From a virus (lineage: Duplodnaviria; Caudoviricetes): a stretch of 64,000 nt of DNA. A program made the position numbers and the translations under genes. The stretch spans positions 1 through 64,000 of the IMG/VR virus record IMGVR_UViG_3300050335_000039, one strand, 5' to 3'. Shown here piece after piece: positions 1 through 9,863 of the stretch (position 1 is its first letter; the number at the start of each line of letters is the position of its first letter). The notes under the pieces are model-generated. The model was given only the letters and a program-made list of their open reading frames with translations, did not search any database and was not told the origin of the DNA.

Positions 1-126
1 TGAATTTATTAATTGTAGAGAAACTTTGTTACTTTATTTGAGGAGGCCTTACTGTTTTAAAGCAGCAGAAATAAAATTAGAATCTGATGACCCAGATAAT
101 ATACATAAAGTATTTTCTAAAATAAA
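1..126 (+). repeat. Perfect direct repeat, copy 1 (at least 126 bp; copy 2 at 603-728)
   Basis: tgaatttattaattgtagagaaactttg...gtattttctaaaataaa is identical at 1-126 and 603-728. Confidence 0.95.
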
Positions 127-541
127 TGGAGTATTAATTGATAATAACACCATATCGTATAAAACTGACAATATATTACATTTAAATAAACCATTAATGT
201 CTTTATTATTATTTATGACAAGATATGGAATTAATTTAGAAGAATCCTCCATTAGTAAAATTGTTAATCTTAACTTTGAAGATTTATGTAATTATTACGA
301 ATGTGAATATACGTGCGAAAGTTGCTATTATACTAATCCGTACCGTTTTGATAAAAATGATTTAAAGTATATAGCATTTGGATTATATCTTTATCTAAAT
401 GAAAATAAATATATTTTAGACAAAGAATACCAAGACCAAGATAGCTGTGACGGTATTATAACTTTTTTAGCAAATAATTCAAAATTATTTTATAATGATG
501 CGAAAAATTTCTGCAATAAATACGGGGTTAAATTACTATGA
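1..541 (+). CDS. Hypothetical protein, paralog A1 (5'-truncated by window edge)
   Basis: Frame is open from base 2 (EFINCRETLLLYLRRP...), identical to the internal part of the next gene; shares motifs P(L/Y)xSLxLxxxR, AFGLYL and GIxT with 538-1101 and 1088-1708. Confidence 0.75.
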   Translation, partial: EFINCRETLLLYLRRPYCFKAAEIKLESDDPDNIHKVFSKINGVLIDNNTISYKTDNILHLNKPLMSLLLFMTRYGINLEESSISKIVNLNFEDLCNYYECEYTCESCYYTNPYRFDKNDLKYIAFGLYLYLNENKYILDKEYQDQDSCDGIITFLANNSKLFYNDAKNFCNKYGVKLL

Positions 542-1101
542 AAGAAGAATATATCTATCACCTATCAATTATAAATTGGAAAGATAATAAGATATTTCAT
601 AATGAATTTATTAATTGTAGAGAAACTTTGTTACTTTATTTGAGGAGGCCTTACTGTTTTAAAGCAGCAGAAATAAAATTAGAATCTGATGACCCAGATA
701 ATATACATAAAGTATTTTCTAAAATAAAGGGAGTAGAAATAAAAGAAAATGTTATTTATTATAATAATGATTGTATTTTATATTATAATTTACCACTACT
801 ATCATTATTATTATTCATGTCAAGACACGGGCTTGACTTAAACAAATCTAGTATAAAAAAGATTATTGATATATATTACGATAATAGAGATAATTCTTAT
901 AAATATTATATTGATTATATTAGTACAATGAATACAGCATTTGGATTATATCTTCATCTAAATAAGAATAAAAAATTTTTGGAATATAATAGATTAAATG
1001 ATATGACTAACTATAATGGAATAGCTACGTATATATCTAATAATTTTAATTTATACAGAAGATGTTACAATAATTTTTGTAGGAGATATGGAAATGCCTG
1101 A
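538..1101 (+). CDS. Hypothetical protein, paralog A2
   Basis: 187-aa ORF overlapping its neighbours; LPLLSLLLFMSRHG, AFGLYLHLN, NGIATY. Confidence 0.8.
   Translation: MKEEYIYHLSIINWKDNKIFHNEFINCRETLLLYLRRPYCFKAAEIKLESDDPDNIHKVFSKIKGVEIKENVIYYNNDCILYYNLPLLSLLLFMSRHGLDLNKSSIKKIIDIYYDNRDNSYKYYIDYISTMNTAFGLYLHLNKNKKFLEYNRLNDMTNYNGIATYISNNFNLYRRCYNNFCRRYGNA
603..728 (+). repeat. Perfect direct repeat, copy 2
   Basis: Identical to 1-126. Confidence 0.95.
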
Positions 1102-1708
1102 AATAACGATTTTGGAAAATAAAACAGGAAATATCATACGGCAATATAAACATAGTTGTAGGGAATTAACTTGTAGTGAGATAGAATCTATAATATTAGA
1201 TGAAAATATGTACTTAAATTATATGGAAATAAAAGAAAAAAATTTAGGATATACAATAAAAAAAAGTAAATTAATAAATAATGATATAATAATTATAGAT
1301 AATAATACTATTATAACCAGCATAAAAAAGTATAATAAAGTATTATTATATACTCCATATATGTCATTAGCACTATTATTATGTAGATATAAATTAGATT
1401 TTTCAGAAGAATCAATTATACATTTATTAAAATACGGCTTTATATTTTCTGCATTTGGTTTATATTTAGTTATTAACAATAGATTAGCAAATAATTATGT
1501 ATGTAATGGAGGAAAAGTAACTAATGGTATAATTACACATATTTTAGTTTTTTCAGGTCATTATATGAGATATTTTTATTTGTTCTATAAAAAATATGAG
1601 GAATATATTGATAGCGGAAGGTCTTTTTCGTATTTTCCATTTACTACCATTAAAGATTTTATTGATTATGTAGAAAAAATATATAATAATGGAGACATGC
1701 TATTATGA
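1088..1708 (+). CDS. Hypothetical protein, distant paralog A3
   Basis: 206-aa ORF; PYMSLALLLCRYK, AFGLYLVIN, NGIITH. Confidence 0.75.
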   Translation: MEMPEITILENKTGNIIRQYKHSCRELTCSEIESIILDENMYLNYMEIKEKNLGYTIKKSKLINNDIIIIDNNTIITSIKKYNKVLLYTPYMSLALLLCRYKLDFSEESIIHLLKYGFIFSAFGLYLVINNRLANNYVCNGGKVTNGIITHILVFSGHYMRYFYLFYKKYEEYIDSGRSFSYFPFTTIKDFIDYVEKIYNNGDMLL

Positions 1709-2283
1709 ATATTGGGATCGCTTATGACGCTTTTAAAGCATATTTTGAAGATAAATTTAATCAGAAAGTAAGAGTTGTGGATAAACAAGATAATTTTAAA
1801 TACTATGATTTAATTATATTTAGTGGAGGTGAAGATATTAATCCATCCATTTATGGAGATAAAAATTTATATTCCTATACAAATAAAATAAGAGACGAGA
1901 TTGAAGTAGAGATATTAAAAAAAGCATTAAGTTTTGGAAATAAAATTCTTGGTATATGCAGAGGCCATCAATTAATTAATGCATATCTTGGTGGCAAATT
2001 AATTCAAGATATTGAATATGAATTGAATGAATATCATAATTACGAACACGAATTAACATGGAAAAATTCAAATATAAGTGAATTTTTTATAAATGGAGTT
2101 AATTCTTTACATCATCAGGGAGTAATTAAAAATGGAAGAGGGCTAATTCCTACGTCTTATTATGGTAGTGTAATTGAATCAACAGAAAGTAGTAATATTA
2201 TTTCAGTGCAATTTCATCCAGAATTTATGTATGACACAAAAAAGTTTTTTGAATTTATTAAAAGATGGAGCAAAAATGTATAG
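1705..2283 (+). CDS. Class I glutamine amidotransferase, peptidase C26 / PuuD-like
   Basis: FSGGEDINP, nucleophile elbow GICRGHQ, VNSLHHQG, catalytic QFHPE. Confidence 0.92.
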   Translation: MNIGIAYDAFKAYFEDKFNQKVRVVDKQDNFKYYDLIIFSGGEDINPSIYGDKNLYSYTNKIRDEIEVEILKKALSFGNKILGICRGHQLINAYLGGKLIQDIEYELNEYHNYEHELTWKNSNISEFFINGVNSLHHQGVIKNGRGLIPTSYYGSVIESTESSNIISVQFHPEFMYDTKKFFEFIKRWSKNV

Positions 2284-2412
2284 ATTATTAGTATGTATAA
2301 AGGGATACTGGATAGAATTATATTCATCACCAAGCAAGAAAAAAATTATACATGAAAAGAAAAACTATAAAAATTATTATACTAGATTTAAAATTATTGT
2401 GGAGTAAATAAA

Positions 2413-2646
2413 ATGTCAACACAAAGAAGGTCGAATTTAAATATATATGATATGATTTATTCTAATTCTTTATATAATAAAGATGAGATAAGATTAAATA
2501 AAAATAATGTTAGTATTTCCACAATACAATCAGCATTAAAGGTTGCCATTGATAGTAAAATTATCAAATATTATTCGTACGATGAAAGTGAAACAGAACA
2601 TATAATAAAATTAAAATTCAAAACAAATAAAAATAACCAATATTAA
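2413..2646 (+). CDS. Hypothetical protein
   Basis: 77-aa ORF preceded by ggag RBS. Confidence 0.6.
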   Translation: MSTQRRSNLNIYDMIYSNSLYNKDEIRLNKNNVSISTIQSALKVAIDSKIIKYYSYDESETEHIIKLKFKTNKNNQY

Positions 2647-2667
2647 ATTAAAAAGGAGACAAATAAA

Positions 2668-2967
2668 ATGATTAAAGTTGATATTAAAAATTCTGAATAT
2701 AAAATTGATTTTTCACATAACAGTAAAAATAAACTAACTACATGTAATTTATTAAAGAAAGTTAATAATAAATATGTATTAATTTCTAGTTATACCGTAG
2801 TATCAGAAAAAAACTTTTGTAGATATGATAACAGAATTAAATCTCTTACAAAATTATTAGATTCCACAATTTTTTCCAAAAAAGATAGATATGAAATTTG
2901 GAGGAAATATTTTTCTATTACTGCAAAACCAAAAACCGGTGAGATTAAATTGAAGAAGGAAATCTAG
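2668..2967 (+). CDS. Hypothetical protein
   Basis: 99-aa ORF preceded by aaggag RBS. Confidence 0.65.
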   Translation: MIKVDIKNSEYKIDFSHNSKNKLTTCNLLKKVNNKYVLISSYTVVSEKNFCRYDNRIKSLTKLLDSTIFSKKDRYEIWRKYFSITAKPKTGEIKLKKEI

Positions 2968-2994
2968 AAATAAAATATAAAATAGAGAAATAAC

Positions 2995-3471
2995 ATGAAA
3001 AAAAAATTAAAATTATATTACGATAATATAATTATAAATGGTTGTATTATTGATAAGATAGAAAAAGAAATTAGTAAATTAATTGAAGAAGAAGTTTATG
3101 TTAACTATAATACAGATTACTATACCGGTGGTGATAAAAAAGCAAAACCAATGTCTCTAGAAGTATGGTCTAAAAAACACAGACCTGTATGTAGATTTAT
3201 ATTAAGAAAATACCCTGGAAATTCTAATATATTAGTATCTTATTATATGATGGTATATCCGGCTTTTAGAAAAAGAGGTATTGCAAAGTTTCTTCAAGAA
3301 ATTAAAGTTCAAATAGCAAAAGATTTAAAATGTAATAAATTAATGACAACAGTTGTGGATAATAATGAAGCTGAAATAAATTTATTAAATAAATGTGGAT
3401 GGGTAAAAGAAATTAGCTTTTTGAATAGACGAACAGGTAATACCGTTTTAATTTTTACAAAAAATATTTAA
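2995..3471 (+). CDS. GNAT-family acetyltransferase
   Basis: Acetyl-CoA motif A VYPAFRKRGIAK, followed by TTVVDNNEA..NLLNKCGW. Confidence 0.85.
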   Translation: MKKKLKLYYDNIIINGCIIDKIEKEISKLIEEEVYVNYNTDYYTGGDKKAKPMSLEVWSKKHRPVCRFILRKYPGNSNILVSYYMMVYPAFRKRGIAKFLQEIKVQIAKDLKCNKLMTTVVDNNEAEINLLNKCGWVKEISFLNRRTGNTVLIFTKNI

Positions 3472-3497
3472 TTAGAAAATACAAGGAGAAGAATAAA

Positions 3498-4034
3498 ATG
3501 GATAAAGGAATGTTAGAACTAGACCCTACATTAATGAAGTTAGATTATTGTATTGGTATTAATGAAAAACTACAAAATAAAATTGTAGAAAAAACAAAAG
3601 AAATTATTAGATTAGATGTTTATATTGAATCCCCAATTAAAGGTGAAGAACCAAAAAATGATAATAATATTATTAGGGTATTTTCCAAAAAAAATATGGG
3701 TAAGTGGGGTTGGTTAGGAAAATGTGTATGGGAATTTAGATTAAATCAATTACCAGGTTGTTGTGGAATTTTAATCTTACACCATGTGAATCCTAACTCT
3801 TATTTTTCTAAAAATAGAAGATTAGAACTATATAAACTTATATTACAAATAGCAGAAGAAATTGCAAAGGATAACAAATATTCTATCATTTTTCATTCCA
3901 TAGAAAAATTTTTTGATTTTAATCTAGCTAATGAGGTGATGAATAAAAGTAATTGGGAATTAATTGATTCTACATTTGTAAAACGTACTGGATATAATAC
4001 CTTAACATATAAAAAAGAAATTAAATATGATTAA
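3498..4034 (+). CDS. Divergent GNAT-like protein
   Basis: aaggag RBS; QLPGCCGI; C-terminal IAKD...NWEL...KRTGY parallels the IAKD...GW...RRTGN of the upstream GNAT. Confidence 0.5.
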   Translation: MDKGMLELDPTLMKLDYCIGINEKLQNKIVEKTKEIIRLDVYIESPIKGEEPKNDNNIIRVFSKKNMGKWGWLGKCVWEFRLNQLPGCCGILILHHVNPNSYFSKNRRLELYKLILQIAEEIAKDNKYSIIFHSIEKFFDFNLANEVMNKSNWELIDSTFVKRTGYNTLTYKKEIKYD

Positions 4035-4365
4035 ATTTTATTGTCCTAAAGATTTCTGTACAGAAACAATTGAAGAAGTAATTCCAAATTTATATAAAAC
4101 AACTAGAAAAGAAAATATGGAAATGTTTGGGAATAATCCCGAAGTAGAAGAAAGAATGTGGAAAAGTTTAATATCAGAAGCAAAAATATCCCCAAATTCA
4201 ATAATTAAAGAAGATTACATTGAATTTACTTGGACAAGTACTAAATACTATATACTAATAGAAACTATAGAAGAATTACATGCAAAAATAAAAAATTATT
4301 CCAAACGTGTTTTGGTAGAATTTCCTACCAAAAAACATGAGGGAGAAATACGTACTATATATTAA
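4027..4365 (+). CDS. Hypothetical protein, paralog B1
   Basis: KYYILIETIEEL motif. Confidence 0.65.
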   Translation: MIKFYCPKDFCTETIEEVIPNLYKTTRKENMEMFGNNPEVEERMWKSLISEAKISPNSIIKEDYIEFTWTSTKYYILIETIEELHAKIKNYSKRVLVEFPTKKHEGEIRTIY

Positions 4366-4391
4366 TCTGAATAATAATAGGGAGTAAATAA

Positions 4392-4625
4392 ATGAAATTA
4401 TGTTTTTATCCTGATATATTTAGTACTAATCCCATTAGTAAAGAAAAGATTAAAACAAGAAGTATATCTCCGTTAGAATATTATATTGAAGTAAATTCTA
4501 TAGAAGAGATGGAAGAAATTATTAACAAAATAAATGGAAACGATTCTATATTTTGTATTGAATTATATATTAATAATAAAAAAATAGAAGGTCAAATTAT
4601 AAATACTATGGTTGATAGGAAATAA
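4392..4625 (+). CDS. Hypothetical protein, paralog B2
   Basis: ggag RBS; EYYIEVNSIEEM motif. Confidence 0.65.
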   Translation: MKLCFYPDIFSTNPISKEKIKTRSISPLEYYIEVNSIEEMEEIINKINGNDSIFCIELYINNKKIEGQIINTMVDRK

Positions 4626-4629
4626 TAAA

Positions 4630-4989
4630 ATGAGGATTTATTTTAATGATGATCCAATAACTATTCCTGGAATAGACTTCAAAAAAATTAAAGAAAGAAA
4701 TATTATACGCAAAAAAACTATATCTAGGACTTTCTATAGTAATGATGATTGGGAAAAACAAATTGAAAAACTTAAGAATAAAAACAAAGGTTTAAAATAT
4801 ATATTAGAATCTAATTCTAATAGTATTACTTTTCTTATACCGTCTAAAGAATATTATGTAGAATTAAATACTTTAGACGATATTGATAAATTTCTTGCTG
4901 AAATAAAAATACCGGCCAAAGTAGAAATATATTATGACTATGAGGAGGAAAAAATAAATGGACATTTAGTTTTATCCATCTATACATAG
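4630..4989 (+). CDS. Hypothetical protein, paralog B3
   Basis: EYYVELNTLDDI motif; ATG at 4630 preferred over the track start at 4612. Confidence 0.65.
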   Translation: MRIYFNDDPITIPGIDFKKIKERNIIRKKTISRTFYSNDDWEKQIEKLKNKNKGLKYILESNSNSITFLIPSKEYYVELNTLDDIDKFLAEIKIPAKVEIYYDYEEEKINGHLVLSIYT

Positions 4990-5003
4990 AATCATTTTAA
5001 ATT

Positions 5004-5044
5004 AAAAATGCCTGAGAGATTAATTTTTTCTCAGGCATTTTTTT
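5004..5044. terminator. Bidirectional intrinsic terminator between convergent arms
   Basis: aaaaatgcctgaga ... tctcaggcattttt 14-bp inverted repeat with an A-tract before and a T-tract after. Confidence 0.85.
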
Positions 5045-5096
5045 ATTCCGTAGGACGATTAAATTTCAAAAATTAAATTTACGTTTAAATTCGATT

Positions 5097-7883
5097 TTAC
5101 TTTTTTCCAATATTTAATATCTGGAATTGTTTTGATCCATTGCGGTAAATCGTACCGCCTTTTAATCTTTTTTCCCACATATAATTATAAGCATTATAAA
5201 TATCTTCAACTGTAGCAGAATTTTCCATATTAATTGTTTTACTTATATTAGATGATATATATTTTTGCCATGCGGCCTGCATATTAACATGATCTTTCCA
5301 ATTTAATTCCAAAGCCGTTTTAAATATATTACTATATTTATTATTATTTAATCTTCCTGTACGAATAAGCTCATCTTTAATTTTATCTATTTCATTTTCA
5401 GGCAAACCATCTCCCATTAGTTTTTTTAGTAAAATTGGATTAATTTCAATAAGAGAATCTTTTGCTATATTTCCAATTCCATCAGTAATATATCTTTTAT
5501 AAGCCAATGCAAAAAACGGCTCTATTCCAGAATTAACTCCGGCTATCAAAGCAATTGTACCTGTAGGTGCAATGCAAGTAACAGAAACATTTCTAACTCC
5601 AGATTTTCTAATTTTTTCCATATCATATTTATATGGATTAAATTCAGAATTTAAAACTTTATCTATAACAGATAAATTTACTTTTTCTGGATCATAAAGA
5701 GGAAATGCTCCACGCTCTTTTGCTAAATTTAAAGATTCAAGCCATGCAAAATTTGTAATAAACCACCCTAAATATTCAGCTAATTTTATAGCTTCGGGGG
5801 AATTATATGGAATATTTAACTCGGCTAGCATATCAGCCCACCCCATAACTCCCAAACCAATTCTATTTAATTTTTTGGTAGTTTCATTTATTTTTTCAAC
5901 CGGAATTTCTGTAAGAATCTGAACATTATCTAAAAATCTAACAGCAACTCTAGTAACATATTCTAAATCAGACCACAAAATTTTTCCATCATCAACAAAT
6001 TTTAATAAATTTATTGATCCTAAACAGCACGCCTCGTAGGGAAATAAACTTAACTCACCGCAGTTATGTGCTACAAATCCATTAGAAAATTTATAATGTT
6101 TTTCTGTGGTAAAATCCCATACTTCTTTTATTCCTACAGGTTCTATTTCTTTTACAATTAACTTTTCATCATATTCTTTTTCAAATTTCTTTATCTTAGA
6201 GTTTTTGTATTCTGATATAAAACCAATAAATTCCTTAAATTTATAAGAATTCCTAGGGGATATTTGTACATTATAACTTTCCTTAGAAATGTAATCTCTA
6301 TTTTTCCATAAAATTAAACTAGGCCTATTTGTACAAATCCATGATTTAATTCCTAAAAATCCTAATATAATTTGCACCTGTTTTGCTAATTCTTTGCATG
6401 TAGTTTTCAAAGAGATTTGACTAAATAAATTACAATTTCCATTTGCCTCAAATAATCCAGAAATAAAAGAACGTAAAATATTTTTATCAGAAAGTAAAAT
6501 TGAATCTGGAATATTTCTGTACAAAACATTTTTCTCCAAAAAAGAAATATCTCCAAATAATTCAATAGCTTTTTCCTTATTTATATAAAGATAGCCATGA
6601 TCTTCTCTTATAAAACCAATAGAAATAAATTTATTATAAATCTCGCTTTCCTTATTTTTACTCAGTTTAATAGAAATGCCTTTTCCATTTTTGCAAATAA
6701 ATCCTTTACCAAAGATAAAGCCTAACAATCTATAAGTTTCATTTATTTCTGTTTTCTTTTCTTCCACACACCAGAATATTTCTTTTCCTAAAGAATCTTT
6801 TGCCTCTATAAAAGTACCATCTTTTACCATTATCTTATGTTCTGGAGTAAGAATTAATTCGTGTCCGGCATTAGTAATTAATTTTATACATTCTTTATTT
6901 CCAGTTTTCCATGATTTAAATTCCGTAGCTTTGCCAGCATTGGAAATTCTAAATAACTTATTTCCATCACTAATTAAAGTATCTTTATCCAGGCATGGAT
7001 TGCTGGCTTCCAGTTTTCCATAATAAGGTACTAAATTATCTTCATTAATTCTATCTACAAAACTTAATCCTGGGTCTCCGCTCTCCCATGCCTGTTTTGC
7101 CATTAAATTTAAAATATCTTTTGCTTTAATTGTTTTTACTACAAAACCATCATACCTAGAAATTAAATCCCAATCTCCATCTACTTTTGCTTTTTCAAAT
7201 AATTTATCAGAAAGAGAAACAGAAATATTGAAATGAGTTAACTGGTCATCAAGTAAAGTTTTTTCTAAAATATCTATTTTTTGTTTGTGCCAATCCAGTT
7301 TATTGTTTTCAAGATTAATTTTATATTCATCTATTAATCTCTTATTTCTTGAATTTAAAGAGGATTTATAACCTATAAATTTTTCTATATCTGGATGATT
7401 ATCATCCAATAATCCTAACATTGCTCCACGTCTAGATGCTTGCTGTATAACTTCTCCAGTCTGGTCAAATAAAGACATAAAAGAAAGTGGGCCACTTGCT
7501 TTGGAATGATTAGATTTTATTGGAGAACCTTCTTCTCTTATTTTAGAAAAATTAAATCCTGCTCCACCTCCCCAAGCAAAAACTTCTGCCGAATCTTTTA
7601 AGGCCTGATATATTTCCTGTCTAGAATCTCCTAAAGGTAGAACGAAACAATTTCCTAAATTCTTTAAATAAGTACCACTATTTGCTAGAATTCTTCCTCC
7701 AGGAAGAAATACTAATTCATTCAATAGAGTAAAAAATTTACTTGCCCAATATGCTTGATCTTCTTTTTTCTCTGCTGATGCTACATGAGAAGAAACCCTG
7801 AGACAAGCGTCGTCCCAGGATTCCTTTTCATCTATAGCATATTTTCTCTTAAATATTTTCTCTTGTTTCTCTGTTAATTGCAT
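5097..7883 (-). CDS. nrdJ: Class II (adenosylcobalamin-dependent) ribonucleotide reductase with intein
   Basis: FLPGGRILAN, NCFVL, GGGAGFNFS, RRGA, GDPG, NP-C-GE after splicing, CCLGSINL, GLGVMG, IAPTGTI, ISKTIN. Confidence 0.95.
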   Translation of the reverse strand: MQLTEKQEKIFKRKYAIDEKESWDDACLRVSSHVASAEKKEDQAYWASKFFTLLNELVFLPGGRILANSGTYLKNLGNCFVLPLGDSRQEIYQALKDSAEVFAWGGGAGFNFSKIREEGSPIKSNHSKASGPLSFMSLFDQTGEVIQQASRRGAMLGLLDDNHPDIEKFIGYKSSLNSRNKRLIDEYKINLENNKLDWHKQKIDILEKTLLDDQLTHFNISVSLSDKLFEKAKVDGDWDLISRYDGFVVKTIKAKDILNLMAKQAWESGDPGLSFVDRINEDNLVPYYGKLEASNPCLDKDTLISDGNKLFRISNAGKATEFKSWKTGNKECIKLITNAGHELILTPEHKIMVKDGTFIEAKDSLGKEIFWCVEEKKTEINETYRLLGFIFGKGFICKNGKGISIKLSKNKESEIYNKFISIGFIREDHGYLYINKEKAIELFGDISFLEKNVLYRNIPDSILLSDKNILRSFISGLFEANGNCNLFSQISLKTTCKELAKQVQIILGFLGIKSWICTNRPSLILWKNRDYISKESYNVQISPRNSYKFKEFIGFISEYKNSKIKKFEKEYDEKLIVKEIEPVGIKEVWDFTTEKHYKFSNGFVAHNCGELSLFPYEACCLGSINLLKFVDDGKILWSDLEYVTRVAVRFLDNVQILTEIPVEKINETTKKLNRIGLGVMGWADMLAELNIPYNSPEAIKLAEYLGWFITNFAWLESLNLAKERGAFPLYDPEKVNLSVIDKVLNSEFNPYKYDMEKIRKSGVRNVSVTCIAPTGTIALIAGVNSGIEPFFALAYKRYITDGIGNIAKDSLIEINPILLKKLMGDGLPENEIDKIKDELIRTGRLNNNKYSNIFKTALELNWKDHVNMQAAWQKYISSNISKTINMENSATVEDIYNAYNYMWEKRLKGGTIYRNGSKQFQILNIGKK
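6063..6995 (-). mobile_element. 311-aa intein in NrdJ with degenerate LAGLIDADG domain
   Basis: Begins CLDKDTLI after SNP, ends GFVAHN followed by Cys+1 (CGELSL); internal blocks LLGFIFGKG and FISGLFEANG. Confidence 0.93.
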
Positions 7884-8017
7884 ATTTATTTTCCTCTTCT
7901 TTGCTTTTCTCTACAGCATCTTTCTGTATTTTTTCTATTATTTTTTTAAGTCTGTGTCTTTTTAATGGATTGTCATCCATATTAAATAATATCTCTATTT
8001 CTTTTAAAAAATCATTA

Positions 8018-8458
8018 TTATTCATTTATAAACTCAAACATTGATAATTGTGTAACTATTCCTCCAGTAGAACCTCTAGAAGTATTAATTTTATCAAAAT
8101 CTTCCAGAGTAATTTCCTCTACATCTGGTCTAATAATTGGTACAACCAGCAATTGGGCTATAGCTGTTCCCCTATCTATATGTAAAGCAACTTCCATAAA
8201 ATTGAAAATCTTTACAAGTAATTCACCTGTATAACCTTCATCTACAACACCACCTAAAATAATAAAATTACTTTTACTTTTTAATTTTATTAGCCCTACA
8301 GTATTTTCAGGTAGTTTGCATTTAATTCCAGTTTTTATAATTTTAATAGATTTTGCTGGGATTAATACATCTTCACTAGAATATAAATCTAAACCGGCAT
8401 CAGTATCGTGCTTTCTATTAGGTAAAATTGCTAGATTACTAATCTTAGTAAATAACAT
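8018..8458 (-). CDS. dut: Trimeric dUTPase
   Basis: DAGLDLYS, GVVDEGYTGE, IAQL, RGSTGG. Confidence 0.93.
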   Translation of the reverse strand: MLFTKISNLAILPNRKHDTDAGLDLYSSEDVLIPAKSIKIIKTGIKCKLPENTVGLIKLKSKSNFIILGGVVDEGYTGELLVKIFNFMEVALHIDRGTAIAQLLVVPIIRPDVEEITLEDFDKINTSRGSTGGIVTQLSMFEFINE

Positions 8459-8681
8459 TATTTTTAGTCTCCTTTGTATTTTCCACTAAAGTTTCAGCCT
8501 TTACAACAATCCTCTCTAAATAATTCTTATAATCATTTGTAGGATTATCTAAATATTTTTTATGGGCAGAATTTAATTCAACCCATATAGGTCTAGCCAA
8601 ACGTGAATATTGTGTTCCCATTCTATTTTCTAATTTTGCCTGTACTGCAAAAGCTCTGGTAGATAATTTTTGATCTATCAT
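8445..8681 (-). CDS. Hypothetical protein
   Basis: 78-aa ORF coupled to both neighbours. Confidence 0.65.
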   Translation of the reverse strand: MIDQKLSTRAFAVQAKLENRMGTQYSRLARPIWVELNSAHKKYLDNPTNDYKNYLERIVVKAETLVENTKETKNNVIY

Positions 8682-9208
8682 GGTATAATATTTTTAACCT
8701 CTTCTAAATAATTAATTACTTTTATATTTTCATCGTGAAAATCTTCATTATATGGTCTCTTTATTAATATCATATTTGTAAGTTTTTTACACATATTTGC
8801 CCAATAAAAACTATCTTCAACAAAATATTTTATATTATGCAATTTTACCGGAACAGTTTTATCTTTAGTAAAGATTAAATTATCTATTTGAGGGAATTTA
8901 TACTTTTTAAAATATCTAATAGTAATTCCCTCTAACCAATCTTTATCTCTTGCTGTAATATAATATATATTATATTTTTTACTATATTCATCTAATAACT
9001 CTACTGCACCAGTAACAGGGGCAGTTTTAGTATATAAGTCTAAGATTCCAACTAAAAAATCTAGAAATTCTGGTTTTTGCTGAGGAATCCATTCTTTCCA
9101 AAAAGAGGAAAAATCTATATCTAAATTCTTAAAATTTTCACACCAAGTAAAAGCATGGTTTTGCCAATTATATAATACTCCATCTATATCAAAAGCAATA
9201 TTATCCAT
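8678..9208 (-). CDS. HAD-family 5'(3')-deoxyribonucleotidase
   Basis: FDIDGVL, YITAR, YFVEDS; lies in the nucleotide-metabolism operon. Confidence 0.8.
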   Translation of the reverse strand: MDNIAFDIDGVLYNWQNHAFTWCENFKNLDIDFSSFWKEWIPQQKPEFLDFLVGILDLYTKTAPVTGAVELLDEYSKKYNIYYITARDKDWLEGITIRYFKKYKFPQIDNLIFTKDKTVPVKLHNIKYFVEDSFYWANMCKKLTNMILIKRPYNEDFHDENIKVINYLEEVKNIIP

Positions 9209-9862
9209 TTAATTTCCTTTCGTAAGGGCTTTCCAAGAAACAGGAAATAGAACATCAATAATTTTACCCAATGCCTCTGCATATTCCTGTGTTTCTCCTT
9301 GTGAGTGGGTAAATTTATTTCTTAAATTATATAATCTTGCCCAAGCAAATAAACTGCCGGTCTCAACAAATTTAGTATATGTACTTTGTGGTAAGACAAA
9401 TCTTGCTTGTTCTAGTGATACTCCATTATCTATTAGATAATTATATGTATTTAATGAATCAACATTTTGTTTATATATTTTTCTTGTTAATACTGAATTT
9501 TCTATGTCATCTTTTCCCTTTAAATTATACGGAGAATAAATAATTATATTATCTTTTGTATATCTTCTAGATTGCTCCGAAAACGAAAATCCAACAGTGC
9601 TTCTTAACCATTGTCTGGCAATAACTATTGGCATCCTGAATTCAAATTGAATCTGTGGATGAAAAAAAGGAGATTCATGTTTATTTTTAGCCAGATTATT
9701 AATAAAATTTATTTCATCTTCATTAAGTTGTTTGTCTTCAAAAAAATCTGCTTTATCAAAACTAATTCTTGCACAGTTAATAACAGTCCTATCATTCCCC
9801 ATAAAATCAATCAATTTTATATACCCGTAATCAAGTACCTTATTATAAAATAATTTTTCCAT
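9209..9862 (-). CDS. thyX: Flavin-dependent thymidylate synthase
   Basis: HESPF, ARQWLRS, FSEQSRRY, EQARFVLPQS, HSQGE. Confidence 0.93.
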   Translation of the reverse strand: MEKLFYNKVLDYGYIKLIDFMGNDRTVINCARISFDKADFFEDKQLNEDEINFINNLAKNKHESPFFHPQIQFEFRMPIVIARQWLRSTVGFSFSEQSRRYTKDNIIIYSPYNLKGKDDIENSVLTRKIYKQNVDSLNTYNYLIDNGVSLEQARFVLPQSTYTKFVETGSLFAWARLYNLRNKFTHSQGETQEYAEALGKIIDVLFPVSWKALTKGN

Positions 9863-9863
9863 A

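Noticed and set aside
1-1101. Diversity-generating retroelement template/variable repeat pair
   Set aside because: Differences outside the identical block are not adenine-specific and no reverse transcriptase is present in the window
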